Source: Actinomycetota bacterium
GTDB taxonomy: Bacteria; Actinomycetota; Actinomycetes; S36-B12; UBA5976
Length of the DNA stretch: 40,933 nucleotides
Direction: 5' to 3'
NCBI GenBank assembly: GCA_046046315.1
Contig: JBJOKB010000050.1
Coordinates: forward strand, 1-40,933
The translations under genes were made by a program, and so were the position numbers. Shown in pieces: positions 10,054 through 20,216 of this stretch. Position 1 is the first letter of the stretch; every line of letters starts with the position of its first letter. The notes below the pieces were generated by a model. That model was not told the origin of the DNA, did not search any database, and saw nothing but the letters and a program-made list of their open reading frames with translations.

Positions 10054-11946
10054 ATGATGACAGAAATTGAACGTCATGACTTTGATGTTGTGATTGTTGG
10101 AGCAGGTGGCGCTGGTTTGCGTGCTGCTATTGAATCCAGAGCCAGTGGATTAAAAACTGCAATTATTTGTAAGTCCCTTTTTGGTAAAGCACACACCGTA
10201 ATGGCTGAAGGTGGAATTGCTGCGTCAATGGGAAACGTGAACTCTAATGACAATTGGCAAGTTCATTTCCGTGACACTATGCGTGGTGGAAAATTTCAAA
10301 ATCATTGGAGAATGGCAGAACTTCACGCTAAAGAATCTCCTGACCGTGTTTGGGAACTAGAAACTTATGGCGCACTTTTTGATAGAACTCCAGATGGAAA
10401 AATCAGTCAACGAAACTTTGGTGGTCATGAATACCCTCGCCTAGCTCACGTAGGTGATCGCACTGGTTTGGAATTAATCAGAACCTTGCAACAAAAAATA
10501 GTTTCATTGCAACAAGAAGACTTTAAAGAATCTGGTGATTACGAATCCCGAATCAAAGTTTTTGCTGAATTAACAGTTACAGAAATTCTAAAAACTGACG
10601 ACAAAGTTTCTGGAGTATTAGGCTACTGGCGCGAAAATGGAAAATTTGTCATGTTTCAAGCTCCAGCAGTTGTTTTAGCAACTGGTGGAATTGGAAAATC
10701 ATTTAAAGTTACTTCCAACTCTTGGGAAGGAACCGGAGATGGACACGCCCTTGCTTTAAAGGCTGGCGGAAATTTAATGCACATGGAATTTGTGCAATTT
10801 CATCCCACAGGAATGGTTTGGCCACCAAGTGTTAAAGGCATTTTAGTAACTGAATCTGTTCGTGGAGACGGCGGAGTTTTGAAAAACTCTGAAGGAAAAA
10901 GATTCATGTTCAACTACATTCCAGCTGTATTTAAAGAAAAATATGCAGAAACAGAAGCTGAAGCTGATGGTTGGTATGAAAACCCTGATTCAAATAGACG
11001 ACCACCAGAATTATTACCAAGAGATGAAGTTGCTCGCGCAATTAATGCTGAAGTAAAAGCAGGACGCGGTTCACCTCATGGTGGAGTTTTCTTAGATGTA
11101 TCAACTCGTTTGAAGCCAGAAGTTATTAAAAAACGACTTCCATCTATGTGGCACCAATTTAAAGAACTAGCTGACGTTGACATCACTAAACAACCAATGG
11201 AAGTTGGTCCAACTTGTCATTATGTAATGGGTGGCATACAAGTAGATCCTGATACTGGTGCTGCAACCGGAGTTTCTGGATTATTTGCAGCAGGCGAAGT
11301 TGCTGGTGGAATGCATGGATCAAATCGTTTAGGTGGAAATTCTCTTTCAGACTTGTTGGTATTTGGCCGAAGAGCTGGTGTTGGGGCAAGTGCATATGTT
11401 AAATCACTTTCCAGTAGACCTAAAGTCAGCGAAATAGTTATTGATGATGCATTAAATAAAGCTCTTGCTCCATTTAATGGAAACAGCAACGAAAACCCTT
11501 ATGCGGTTCACCAAGAATTACAACAAGTAATGAATGATCTTGTGGGAATTATCCGCGACGGTGACGAAATGAAAGAAGCAATTAACAAACTTGAAGGATT
11601 AAAAAAGCGTGCCAAGAATGTTACAGTTCAAGGAGAAAGACAATTTAATCCTGGTTGGCATTTATCACTAGATCTGGAAAACATGTTGTTAGTTAGTGAA
11701 TCAATTGCCAAAAGTGCTCTGGTTCGCGAAGAGTCACGTGGTGGTCACACCAGAAACGACTTCCCAAACATGGATAAAAACTGGAGACCAAAACACGTGA
11801 TTACATCCTGGAATGGAAGCAGTATTGATACCAAAATTGAATCCATTCCGCCAATGCCAAAAGAATTAGCCGGACTATTTGATAAAGAAGAGCTAGGTAA
11901 GTACTTGTTACCAGAAGAATTAGCGCAACTGGGAATGGGAGCATAA
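10054..11946 (+). CDS. sdhA: Succinate dehydrogenase/fumarate reductase flavoprotein subunit (Sdh1 type)
   Basis: GAGGAGLRAA, AHTVMAEGG (FAD-His), QFHPTG, HYVMGG, HGSNRLGGNSLSD, REESRGGH. Confidence 0.95.
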   Translation: MMTEIERHDFDVVIVGAGGAGLRAAIESRASGLKTAIICKSLFGKAHTVMAEGGIAASMGNVNSNDNWQVHFRDTMRGGKFQNHWRMAELHAKESPDRVWELETYGALFDRTPDGKISQRNFGGHEYPRLAHVGDRTGLELIRTLQQKIVSLQQEDFKESGDYESRIKVFAELTVTEILKTDDKVSGVLGYWRENGKFVMFQAPAVVLATGGIGKSFKVTSNSWEGTGDGHALALKAGGNLMHMEFVQFHPTGMVWPPSVKGILVTESVRGDGGVLKNSEGKRFMFNYIPAVFKEKYAETEAEADGWYENPDSNRRPPELLPRDEVARAINAEVKAGRGSPHGGVFLDVSTRLKPEVIKKRLPSMWHQFKELADVDITKQPMEVGPTCHYVMGGIQVDPDTGAATGVSGLFAAGEVAGGMHGSNRLGGNSLSDLLVFGRRAGVGASAYVKSLSSRPKVSEIVIDDALNKALAPFNGNSNENPYAVHQELQQVMNDLVGIIRDGDEMKEAINKLEGLKKRAKNVTVQGERQFNPGWHLSLDLENMLLVSESIAKSALVREESRGGHTRNDFPNMDKNWRPKHVITSWNGSSIDTKIESIPPMPKELAGLFDKEELGKYLLPEELAQLGMGA

Positions 11947-11949
11947 CTA

Positions 11950-12699
11950 ATGGGTTATCTAGCAAAATTAAGAGTTTGGCGTGGTAATAAAGAAAAAGGC
12001 GAATTAGTTAACTACAACGTCGAAGTTAGCGAAGGCGAAGTACTACTTGATGTAATCCATCGCCTCCAAGCAACTGAAAGCCCAGATTTAGCAGTTAGAT
12101 GGAATTGCAAAGCCGGTAAATGTGGATCTTGTAGCGCAGAGATAAATGGCAAACCAAGCTTGATGTGCATGACTCGTATGAATACTTTCAACGAGGAAGA
12201 TCAAGTTACTGTAACTCCACTTAGAACTTTTCCTGTAATTAAGGATCTTGTAACAGATGTTTCTTTCAATTACAAAAAAGCACGTGAAGTACCTGCATTC
12301 AAAGGCCCAGAAAACCTCAAACCAGGTGAATACCGAATGCAACAAGTTGATGTTGAAAGAAGCCAAGAATTTAGAAAATGTATTGAATGCTTCCTCTGTC
12401 AAGATGTTTGCCACGTAATTCGTGACCATGAAGAAAACAAAGAAAGTTTTGCTGGTCCAAGATTCTTTATTCGTCTTGCTGAATTAGATATGCATCCATT
12501 GGATCAATTAGATAGAAAAAGAGAAGCACAAGAATCTCATGGACTTGGCATGTGCAACATCACTAAGTGCTGCACCGAGGTTTGCCCAGAACACATCAAA
12601 ATTACAGACAATGCAATCATTCCTATGAAAGAACGTGTTGTAGATACTAAATATGATCCATTGGTTTGGCTGGGTAAAACTATTACCCGTCGCAAATAA
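11950..12699 (+). CDS. sdhB: Succinate dehydrogenase iron-sulfur subunit
   Basis: CKAGKCGSC, CIECFLCQDVC, CNITKCCTEVCP. Confidence 0.95.
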   Translation: MGYLAKLRVWRGNKEKGELVNYNVEVSEGEVLLDVIHRLQATESPDLAVRWNCKAGKCGSCSAEINGKPSLMCMTRMNTFNEEDQVTVTPLRTFPVIKDLVTDVSFNYKKAREVPAFKGPENLKPGEYRMQQVDVERSQEFRKCIECFLCQDVCHVIRDHEENKESFAGPRFFIRLAELDMHPLDQLDRKREAQESHGLGMCNITKCCTEVCPEHIKITDNAIIPMKERVVDTKYDPLVWLGKTITRRK

Positions 12700-12706
12700 T
12701 TAAGTT

Positions 12707-13696
12707 TTAGAAACCAACTTTTTCATAAACATTTTTTAGAGTTTGACTGGCTACTTTTTCAGCTTTTTGTGCGCCTTCACCCATCAAAGAATTAAGTTGT
12801 GTTTCATCAGCTAACAATCCCATAGTTTTTTCTCTGAATGGTTTAATAATCTTTTCCACAACCACTTCCCCGGCGTAAGTCTTTAAAGCTCCATAACCTT
12901 TGTTAGCAAATTGACCTTCAATTGTAGACATTTCTTCATTTGTTACCGCTTTAATAATTGTTAAAAGATTTGAAACCCCTGGTTTGTTTGTTGGATCATA
13001 TTTAACTTCTTTTCCACTATCAGTCACAGCTGTTTTAAATTTCTTCATAACCACATCGGGTTCATCAAGAATAAAAATGCAACCTTGCGGCGATGATTTA
13101 CTCATTTTTGAAGTTGGATCTTGCAAATCAAGAATTTTTGCTGACTCTTTAACGATAAAAGCTTCAGGAACAACGAAGGTTTGGCCAAATTGATTATTAA
13201 ACCTGGTTGCTAAATCTCTTGTTAATTCCAAATGTTGCCTTTGATCTTCTCCCACAGGAACTTTTTCAGCCTGGTAAAGCAAAATATCTGCTGCCTGCAA
13301 TATTGGGTAAGTAAATAATCCAACAGAAGATCTTTCTTGACCACCTTTTTGAGTTTTATCTTTAAATTGAGTCATTCTTCCGGCTTCGCCAAACCCGGTA
13401 AAGCAACTTAAAACCCATGCAAGTTGAGAATGTTGTGGAACTTGGCTTTGAATAAAAACTGTGCTCTTTTTCGGATCGATGCCAACGGCTAAAAGTTGGG
13501 CAAAGGAGGTAAGAGATCTCTTTTTTAAAACTTTTGGTTCAAATTCAGCAGTGATGGCATGTAAATCAACGACAGCGTAAAAGCAGTTATAAGTTTCTTG
13601 CATCTGAACCCATTGACGAAGAGCACCAAAATAATTACCAATGTGAAATGAATCAGCTGTGGGCTGAATCCCTGAAAGCACACTTGGCTTGTTCAT
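12707..13696 (-). CDS. trpS: Tryptophan--tRNA ligase
   Basis: SGIQPT...HIGNYFG, YPILQAADIL, VGEDQRQH, KMSKS. Confidence 0.97.
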   Translation of the reverse strand: MNKPSVLSGIQPTADSFHIGNYFGALRQWVQMQETYNCFYAVVDLHAITAEFEPKVLKKRSLTSFAQLLAVGIDPKKSTVFIQSQVPQHSQLAWVLSCFTGFGEAGRMTQFKDKTQKGGQERSSVGLFTYPILQAADILLYQAEKVPVGEDQRQHLELTRDLATRFNNQFGQTFVVPEAFIVKESAKILDLQDPTSKMSKSSPQGCIFILDEPDVVMKKFKTAVTDSGKEVKYDPTNKPGVSNLLTIIKAVTNEEMSTIEGQFANKGYGALKTYAGEVVVEKIIKPFREKTMGLLADETQLNSLMGEGAQKAEKVASQTLKNVYEKVGF

Positions 13697-13701
13697 GAGT
13701 C

Positions 13702-15006
13702 TTATTGTCCACCATGATTGCTAGTTCCAGGCTCAATTCGACTTACCCTTACTCGTGAAATTCGTCGCACATCCATGCTCAAGATTTCAAATATGCATTG
13801 TTCAGCAATCACAGTTTTGCCTACCGAAGGTAGAGTTCCAAGTTTTGATATTACAAAGCCTGCAACTGTTTCATATGGACCTTCCGGTAAATGAATATGA
13901 GTTGAGTCCGCAAAATCATCGAGATTCATCAGTCCATCAACTTCAACCTCACCATGAAAATCAAGTTCGCTTACTTCACTTTCAGGTTCATCGTCTTCAT
14001 GTCTAATATCTCCAATTAATTCTTCAACTAAATCATCCAAAGTCACAATTCCAGCTGTGCCACCGTATTCATCGGCAACAATAAGTAAATGTTGATTTCC
14101 ATTACGCATTTGTGCCAGAGCGCTTAACACAGATGTTGTTCCAGGTATTGACTCAACTGCAATAGCAATATCCCTAAGTTGCTTGCTTGATTTACGAGCC
14201 TCTAAAGAAAGTAATTGTCTTACATGCACAAAACCCACTATTTCATCAGCCGTTTTATTTATGACCGGATATTTGGTGTGTGGAAGTTTCTCAACAACGA
14301 GAGCGGCTTCAGGAATCGTGGAGTCTGCATCAAGAAACTCAACTTCAGTTCTAGGAGTCATTACTTCTTTTATTTCACGATCATCTGCTTCAAAAACATC
14401 ATCAATTAATGCACGTTCGTTATCACTTAGTTCTTCATGGCCTGCCACTAAATCTCTTAAATCTTCGCCCGTTAACTCTTGACGGCTTGCACTTGGATCT
14501 CCACCTAATAATTTAACAATTAAATTTGTAGATCTACTCAATAACCAAATAAAGGGTCGAGAAACTCGAGCTAATATATCAATTGGATATGCAGCAATTA
14601 ATGCCCAACTTTCTGAATTTTGTAACGCTAACCTTTTTGGAACCAGTTCTCCTAACACAAGTGAAAAGTATGCAATAAATAAAGTGATTAATATAAATGC
14701 AATTACCGAGACAACAGATTCAGGAAAAATCAAATCTAAAATTGGCGATAGAACCGGAGTCAAACTCGAGGCTCCAAATCCTGCACCGATAAATCCTGCT
14801 ACGGTCACACCGACTTGAACAGAAGCTAAAAATCGGTTTGGGTGATCATGTAATTCTTTCAATAATTTTCCACGTCTACCTTTGGTATCTGCAATTCTTT
14901 TTACTTGAGATTCACGCAAAGATACAAGTGCGATTTCAGCGGCAGCAAAAAATCCGCCTACTAAGATAAATAGCAAAACAATAAGGGCACTAACCCAAGT
15001 ACTCAT
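13702..15006 (-). CDS. Hemolysin family (CNNM/CBS/CorC-HlyC) membrane protein
   Basis: FFAAAEIALVSLR, GELVPKRLA, EVMTPRTEV, DEYGGTAGIVTLDDLVEELIGDI, YETVAGF. Confidence 0.92.
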   Translation of the reverse strand: MSTWVSALIVLLFILVGGFFAAAEIALVSLRESQVKRIADTKGRRGKLLKELHDHPNRFLASVQVGVTVAGFIGAGFGASSLTPVLSPILDLIFPESVVSVIAFILITLFIAYFSLVLGELVPKRLALQNSESWALIAAYPIDILARVSRPFIWLLSRSTNLIVKLLGGDPSASRQELTGEDLRDLVAGHEELSDNERALIDDVFEADDREIKEVMTPRTEVEFLDADSTIPEAALVVEKLPHTKYPVINKTADEIVGFVHVRQLLSLEARKSSKQLRDIAIAVESIPGTTSVLSALAQMRNGNQHLLIVADEYGGTAGIVTLDDLVEELIGDIRHEDDEPESEVSELDFHGEVEVDGLMNLDDFADSTHIHLPEGPYETVAGFVISKLGTLPSVGKTVIAEQCIFEILSMDVRRISRVRVSRIEPGTSNHGGQ

Positions 15007-15040
15007 ATGTTAAAGATGCTACTCAATCTATGGATTTTGA

Positions 15041-16252
15041 TTAAAGGCTTGAGTCTAATTGGCGCTTAATTCCTGCCAAATAATCCTCAGTTGTTGCCCA
15101 AGGGTGATCTTTGCTGATCAATCGGGCTAAGTCTTTTGTCATTAATCCAGATTCAACAGTTTTTATGCAAGCATCTTCCAAAGATTTTGCAAAACCAATT
15201 AACTCATTATTGTTGTCTAATTTTCCTCTATGAACAAGGCCACCTGTCCAAGCAAAAATAGAAGCAATTGGGTTTGTAGATGTTGGTTCACCTTTTTGGT
15301 GTTGACGATAATGGCGAGTTACAGTTCCATGAGCTGCTTCAGATTCAACAGTTTTTCCATCTGGCGTCATTAAAACACTTGTCATAAGTCCTAGAGATCC
15401 AAAACCTTGGGCAACGGTGTCACTTTGCACATCGCCATCATAATTTTTACAGGCCCAGACATAACCACCTTCCCATTTCAAGGCCGTCGCCACCATGTCA
15501 TCAATTAAACGATGTTCATATGTTAAACCTTTTGATTCAAATTGGGTTTTGAATTCTTTTTCATAAATATCTTGGAAGATATCTTTAAATCTTCCGTCAT
15601 AAGCTTTCAAAATTGTGTTCTTGGTTGATAAGTAAACCGGATAATTTCTAATTAATCCGTAATTCAATGATGCTCTCGCAAAGTCTTTGATGCTTTCATC
15701 AAAGTTATACATGCCCATTGCTACACCTGAGCCTGAAAAGTCCGCTACTTGAAATTCCATTGGGCTTGAACCATCTGCTGGTTGGAAAGTCATTGTTACT
15801 TTTCCAGGTCCTGGAACTACAAAATCAGTTGCTTTGTATTGATCACCGTGTGCATGACGACCGATAACGATTGGTTTGGTCCAAGAAGGAACAAGTCGAG
15901 GAATGTTGCTAATAATTATTGGTTCACGAAAAATTACTCCACCTAAAATATTACGAATAGTTCCATTAGGTGATTTCCACATCTTCTTTAAACCAAATTC
16001 CTTGACTCGTGCTTCATCAGGAGTAATGGTTGCGCACTTAACTCCAACACCATGTTTTTTAATCGCATGGGCAGAATCAATTGTTACTTGGTCATCTGTC
16101 TTGTCGCGATTTTCAATACTTAAATCGTAATATTCAAGATTTACATCTAAATAAGGCAAAATTAATTCATCCTTGATGAATTGCCAAATGATGCGAGTCA
16201 TTTCATCGCCATCAAGTTCTACTACAGGATTTGCTACCTTAATTTTTGCCAT
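15041..16252 (-). CDS. icd: NADP-dependent isocitrate dehydrogenase (type II dimeric)
   Basis: [52 protein letters not shown]. Confidence 0.97.
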   Translation of the reverse strand: MAKIKVANPVVELDGDEMTRIIWQFIKDELILPYLDVNLEYYDLSIENRDKTDDQVTIDSAHAIKKHGVGVKCATITPDEARVKEFGLKKMWKSPNGTIRNILGGVIFREPIIISNIPRLVPSWTKPIVIGRHAHGDQYKATDFVVPGPGKVTMTFQPADGSSPMEFQVADFSGSGVAMGMYNFDESIKDFARASLNYGLIRNYPVYLSTKNTILKAYDGRFKDIFQDIYEKEFKTQFESKGLTYEHRLIDDMVATALKWEGGYVWACKNYDGDVQSDTVAQGFGSLGLMTSVLMTPDGKTVESEAAHGTVTRHYRQHQKGEPTSTNPIASIFAWTGGLVHRGKLDNNNELIGFAKSLEDACIKTVESGLMTKDLARLISKDHPWATTEDYLAGIKRQLDSSL

Positions 16253-16266
16253 TTTTATCCTCTTTT

Positions 16267-17223
16267 TTACAGATCTTTAACGTCAGCTTGTTTTGCTCTT
16301 ACAGCTTCTGCAGCTGTTTTAAGAGCAGTGGTTTCTTCAGGAGTTAATTTGGTTTCAACTACTTTATTTATTCCTTTTGAGCCAATTTCTGCTTCCACAC
16401 CCAAATAAACTCCACTAATTCCATATTCTCCATCAACCCACGCACACACTGGCATTATTTGACCAGAATTTGTTGCAACTGCTTTTGCCATTTGTGCTGC
16501 AGCTGCAGATGGCGCATAGTAAGCCGAACCAGTTTTAAGTAATGCCACAACTTCAGCACCACCATTTCTTGTTCTATCAACTAATACATCAATGTCTTCT
16601 TTAGTCATAACTTCACTTAAAGCTTTTCCTTTTACTGTTGATTGACTTGGAACGGGAACCATAGTTTCTCCATGTGAACCAAGAGTTAAAGTCTTAACAT
16701 CACTTACATGATTTCCTGTTTTTTCTGCAACAAAGTTAGTAAATCTTGCTGTATCTAACATTCCCGCTTGACCCATAACCCTGTTTTTTGGAAAACCAGT
16801 TGCTAATTGGGCAAGAGCAGTCATTTCATCAAGTGGATTAGAAACAACAATTACAACTGAATCAGGGGCGTGCTTTGCAATATTTTCTGAAACTTGTCGA
16901 ACTATTTTTGCATTGGTTTCAATTAAATCCATACGGCTCATGCCCGGTTTTCTAGGTAAACCTGCAGTAATTACAACAATGTTGCATCCTTTAATAGCTT
17001 CATATCCTGAACCATCAAGGCCGGTGGTTTGGCCAACAATCTTTGTTTCAAAGTTTTGAATCGGTCTTGATTGATTCATATCTAATGCAAGGCCTTCAGC
17101 TTTACCTTCTACAACGTCTGTTAAAACAACTGTCTCAAAAATGTCATATTCTGCTAATCGCATAGCAGTAGTTGAACCGTAAAAACCTGCTCCGATAACT
17201 GCAACTTTGCCTGATCTGCTCAC
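16267..17223 (-). CDS. mdh: Malate dehydrogenase (LDH-like family)
   Basis: [47 protein letters not shown]; GTG at 17223 after GAAAGGA SD preferred. Confidence 0.95.
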   Translation of the reverse strand: MSRSGKVAVIGAGFYGSTTAMRLAEYDIFETVVLTDVVEGKAEGLALDMNQSRPIQNFETKIVGQTTGLDGSGYEAIKGCNIVVITAGLPRKPGMSRMDLIETNAKIVRQVSENIAKHAPDSVVIVVSNPLDEMTALAQLATGFPKNRVMGQAGMLDTARFTNFVAEKTGNHVSDVKTLTLGSHGETMVPVPSQSTVKGKALSEVMTKEDIDVLVDRTRNGGAEVVALLKTGSAYYAPSAAAAQMAKAVATNSGQIMPVCAWVDGEYGISGVYLGVEAEIGSKGINKVVETKLTPEETTALKTAAEAVRAKQADVKDL

Positions 17224-17309
17224 TTGGATTTCAGATCCTTTCAAATTAATTTGAAGGTAAAATTTCTATTTCTATAACTCAAATTCTAGTCAAATACTCA
17301 AAATATGAG

Positions 17310-17660
17310 TTAAGAGGGCACAACTATCGAAAGAATTAAAAGGAAAACTGAAAAACTGCCCAAAATCAAAACGTCTACCCATTTAGTTCTGACGTAAAGC
17401 CAACCCAAAGTGAATCTTGGAAGTGACGCACGTAACACCGCTGCCACAAAAACTCCTAGCGAAAAAACCAAAGCTCCTACTCGAAAGTTAAGTTGAGTCG
17501 CTAAAACGATTCCAATGAATGCAATTAATAGTGGTACTAAAGTTGGCCATTGTCTACGGATTAATTTTTGCCAACGTCCCGTTTGCTTTGGATTTTCATT
17601 AATTGAAACCGCACGCAAACCTCTAGAATCTGAATTTGGTTGAGGAGTTGATGCACTCAT
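17310..17660 (-). CDS. DUF3017-like actinobacterial membrane protein
   Basis: RQWP, FRVG, AAVLRASLP...GWLYVRTKWVDV; usual position between folD and mdh/icd. Confidence 0.75.
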   Translation of the reverse strand: MSASTPQPNSDSRGLRAVSINENPKQTGRWQKLIRRQWPTLVPLLIAFIGIVLATQLNFRVGALVFSLGVFVAAVLRASLPRFTLGWLYVRTKWVDVLILGSFSVFLLILSIVVPS

Positions 17661-17670
17661 AATTTCAAGT

Positions 17671-18603
17671 TTACCTTAAATCACTTGCTAGATATACGGC
17701 CAAGAGCATGAGACCTGCACCACTTATGAGAGCCCAACCCACGTTTATGTTTGCATTAGGCAATATGACATCTAATGCGATTGATGTGATCAATTGTCCA
17801 GACACACTTGCCAAGCCAAAGAGTAAAACTCCTAAAGTTCTAATTGTTGCTGCGGCCAAAAAGACAACTATTGCACCCAAAATTCCAGCTGAATATAACC
17901 ACCATTGATTTGGCCAAGTATTCCAATCTTTTCCAAAAAAATTCATAACAACAAGTGTTAAAGAAACAGTGATCATTGACATTGGAAAATTCAAAAATGC
18001 AGAAACTTGAGAGTTTGCAGCTTTTGTTACTCGACCATTAAGTGAAAATTGAACAGTGACAGCTAAACCTGCACCAATTACAGCAAGAATCGGTAGCCAT
18101 AATATTTCTCCTTGAAAATCGGTTACAGAAAGAAATACAGCCGCAATTCCAATCGCGACTGCAAATAACCTTCGTAGTGTAATTTTTTTTCTTGTACCTG
18201 AACTCAAACCAAACTTGTCAACAACGATTCCACTCACATTTTGAGAAGCTACTAAGACAACTGTGAATAGTCCAGTTCCAATTATGCTGACCGTACTTGA
18301 AGCCGTTGAAATATAAATTGCTCCGGCTACTCCACCTAAAAGTTGCCATTTAGCAAATTTTCCAGAAATAACCTCTTGAAATAGTTTTCTACTTTTACTC
18401 CTTACATCGGGATTTAGAAGGAAAAGAGCCGTAAAAATAGTTCCGCCGATATTTGAAATTAAGGCAGCCATGATGCCGTCATTTAATTCATGAGCTAGTT
18501 GACCACTAATTCCTGCTTGAAGAGTCGCTGCGATTCCTGCGATGAATGCAAGAATTATTGAAATAGGAACGCTTGCTTTTTCAATGAGAAAAATGTCTAA
18601 CAC
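17671..18603 (-). CDS. DMT superfamily transporter (tandem YdcZ/DUF606-like halves)
   Basis: Two repeated 5-TM halves (LQAGISGQL / VQFSLNGRV; WQLLGGVAGA / WLYSAGILGA); start uncertain because it overlaps the purH end. Confidence 0.8.
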   Translation of the reverse strand: MLDIFLIEKASVPISIILAFIAGIAATLQAGISGQLAHELNDGIMAALISNIGGTIFTALFLLNPDVRSKSRKLFQEVISGKFAKWQLLGGVAGAIYISTASSTVSIIGTGLFTVVLVASQNVSGIVVDKFGLSSGTRKKITLRRLFAVAIGIAAVFLSVTDFQGEILWLPILAVIGAGLAVTVQFSLNGRVTKAANSQVSAFLNFPMSMITVSLTLVVMNFFGKDWNTWPNQWWLYSAGILGAIVVFLAAATIRTLGVLLFGLASVSGQLITSIALDVILPNANINVGWALISGAGLMLLAVYLASDLR

Positions 18604-20131
18604 CTGTCAAATACATTGTGATTCCAGATTTTTTAGCAACAGCAATAACTTCATCGTCATTCTTTGATCCACCTGGATGCACTACTGCCTGAACTCCTGC
18701 TTTTATTAAAACTTCAAGTGCATCAGGGAATGGAAAATATGCATCGGATGCGGCAACGCTAGCCTTTGATCTTTCTAGACCTGCTCTATTTACCGCTAAT
18801 TGTGCAGCATCAACCCTGTTAACTTGTCCCATTCCAATTCCAATAACGCCACCATCTTTTGCTAAAACGATTGCATTTGATTTAGGTGCTCGAACACATC
18901 TCCAGGCAAATTCTAAATCTGATATCACTTCATCACTTGGTTCTTTTCCTGCTACTAGTTTCCATTGACCTGGATCGTCTCCATCTGCTTCAACGTCGTC
19001 AACTGTTTGCATTAAAACTCCACCGGTGATGGTGCGCCATTCCACTCTATGTCCCATGTGTGGTCCGGCCAATTGCAAAATTCTTAAGTTTGGTTTTGTT
19101 TTAAGAATTTGTAATGCATCTTCATCAAATGAAGGTGCAACTATAACTTCGGTAAAAATTTCATTAATAAGCATGGCGGTTTGTTTGTCTACTTTTCTAT
19201 TTGTGGCTATAACACCGCCATACGCTGAAACTTTGTCAGCTGCCAATGCTTTTGCAAACGCAGAAGCAAGATTTTTATCTATTGCAATTCCACAAGGGTT
19301 TGCATGTTTGATAATTGCAACACATGGCTCAACGTGATCAAAAACAGCTGCTCGAGCATGGTCGGCATCAACATAATTGTTGTAAGACATTTCTTTACCA
19401 GACAATTGTTTGGCGTGCGCAATTCCTTTTTCAGAACTAATACCGCGATATAACGCAGCAGATTGATGAGGGTTTTCGCCATAACGAAGAACCTCTGCTC
19501 TTGTAAAAGATGCTCCTACCCAGGAAGGTGAATCTTGTTCCGGAGTAATTTTTCTCGACATCCATCGAGCAATTAATGTGTCATACGTAGCAGTGTGAGA
19601 AAAAGCAACGGCAGACCAGTTGAGTCTTAATTCTCTTGAAATTCCTTGTTTTAGATTTTTAATCAGTTCAGGATAATCATTTGGTGAAACAATTACTGAA
19701 ACGTTCTCAAAATTCTTGGCAGCAGCCCTAATTAAAGCCACTCCGCCTATGTCGATTTGTTCTATACACTGATCAAACTCTGCTCCCGAAGCGACTGTGT
19801 CAGTAAATGGATAAAGATTTACCACTACTAAGTCAAAAGGTTTTACTTTTAAATCGTCAATTGTTTTTTTATGATCTACATTTCTTACATCTGCCAATAT
19901 TCCTGCATGAATTAAGGGATGAAGAGTTTTTACTCTGCCGTCTAATATTTCAGTAAAATTTGTAACTTCCGAGACCTGCACAACTGGAATATTTAAGTCT
20001 GAAATTAATTTTGCTGTGGCCCCCGTAGAAACTATTTCCACGCCAGCGTTATTTAATTCCTTGGCTAATTGTGCCAAACCTTCTTTGTTAGAGACACTAA
20101 TTAAGGCTCTTCTTATTATGGTTTTACTCAT
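18581..20131 (-). CDS. purH: Bifunctional AICAR transformylase/IMP cyclohydrolase
   Basis: RALISVSNK, GRVKTLHP, EQIDIGG, LRYGENPHQ, KHANPCG, ASDAYFPF, RHFSH. Confidence 0.97.
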   Translation of the reverse strand: MSKTIIRRALISVSNKEGLAQLAKELNNAGVEIVSTGATAKLISDLNIPVVQVSEVTNFTEILDGRVKTLHPLIHAGILADVRNVDHKKTIDDLKVKPFDLVVVNLYPFTDTVASGAEFDQCIEQIDIGGVALIRAAAKNFENVSVIVSPNDYPELIKNLKQGISRELRLNWSAVAFSHTATYDTLIARWMSRKITPEQDSPSWVGASFTRAEVLRYGENPHQSAALYRGISSEKGIAHAKQLSGKEMSYNNYVDADHARAAVFDHVEPCVAIIKHANPCGIAIDKNLASAFAKALAADKVSAYGGVIATNRKVDKQTAMLINEIFTEVIVAPSFDEDALQILKTKPNLRILQLAGPHMGHRVEWRTITGGVLMQTVDDVEADGDDPGQWKLVAGKEPSDEVISDLEFAWRCVRAPKSNAIVLAKDGGVIGIGMGQVNRVDAAQLAVNRAGLERSKASVAASDAYFPFPDALEVLIKAGVQAVVHPGGSKNDDEVIAVAKKSGITMYLTGVRHFSH

Positions 20132-20216
20132 ATTAATGAAAGTGCCTTTCTACTCAAATGCTCAATCAAATCCTAGCCAGGATGTCATCGTGCATTAATT
20201 AGTATGTCTTTTTCTA

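Noticed and set aside
20132-20216. Canonical ZMP/ZTP riboswitch before purH
   Set aside because: The conserved GACUGGCG and CGCCUGGG pseudoknot elements are not present
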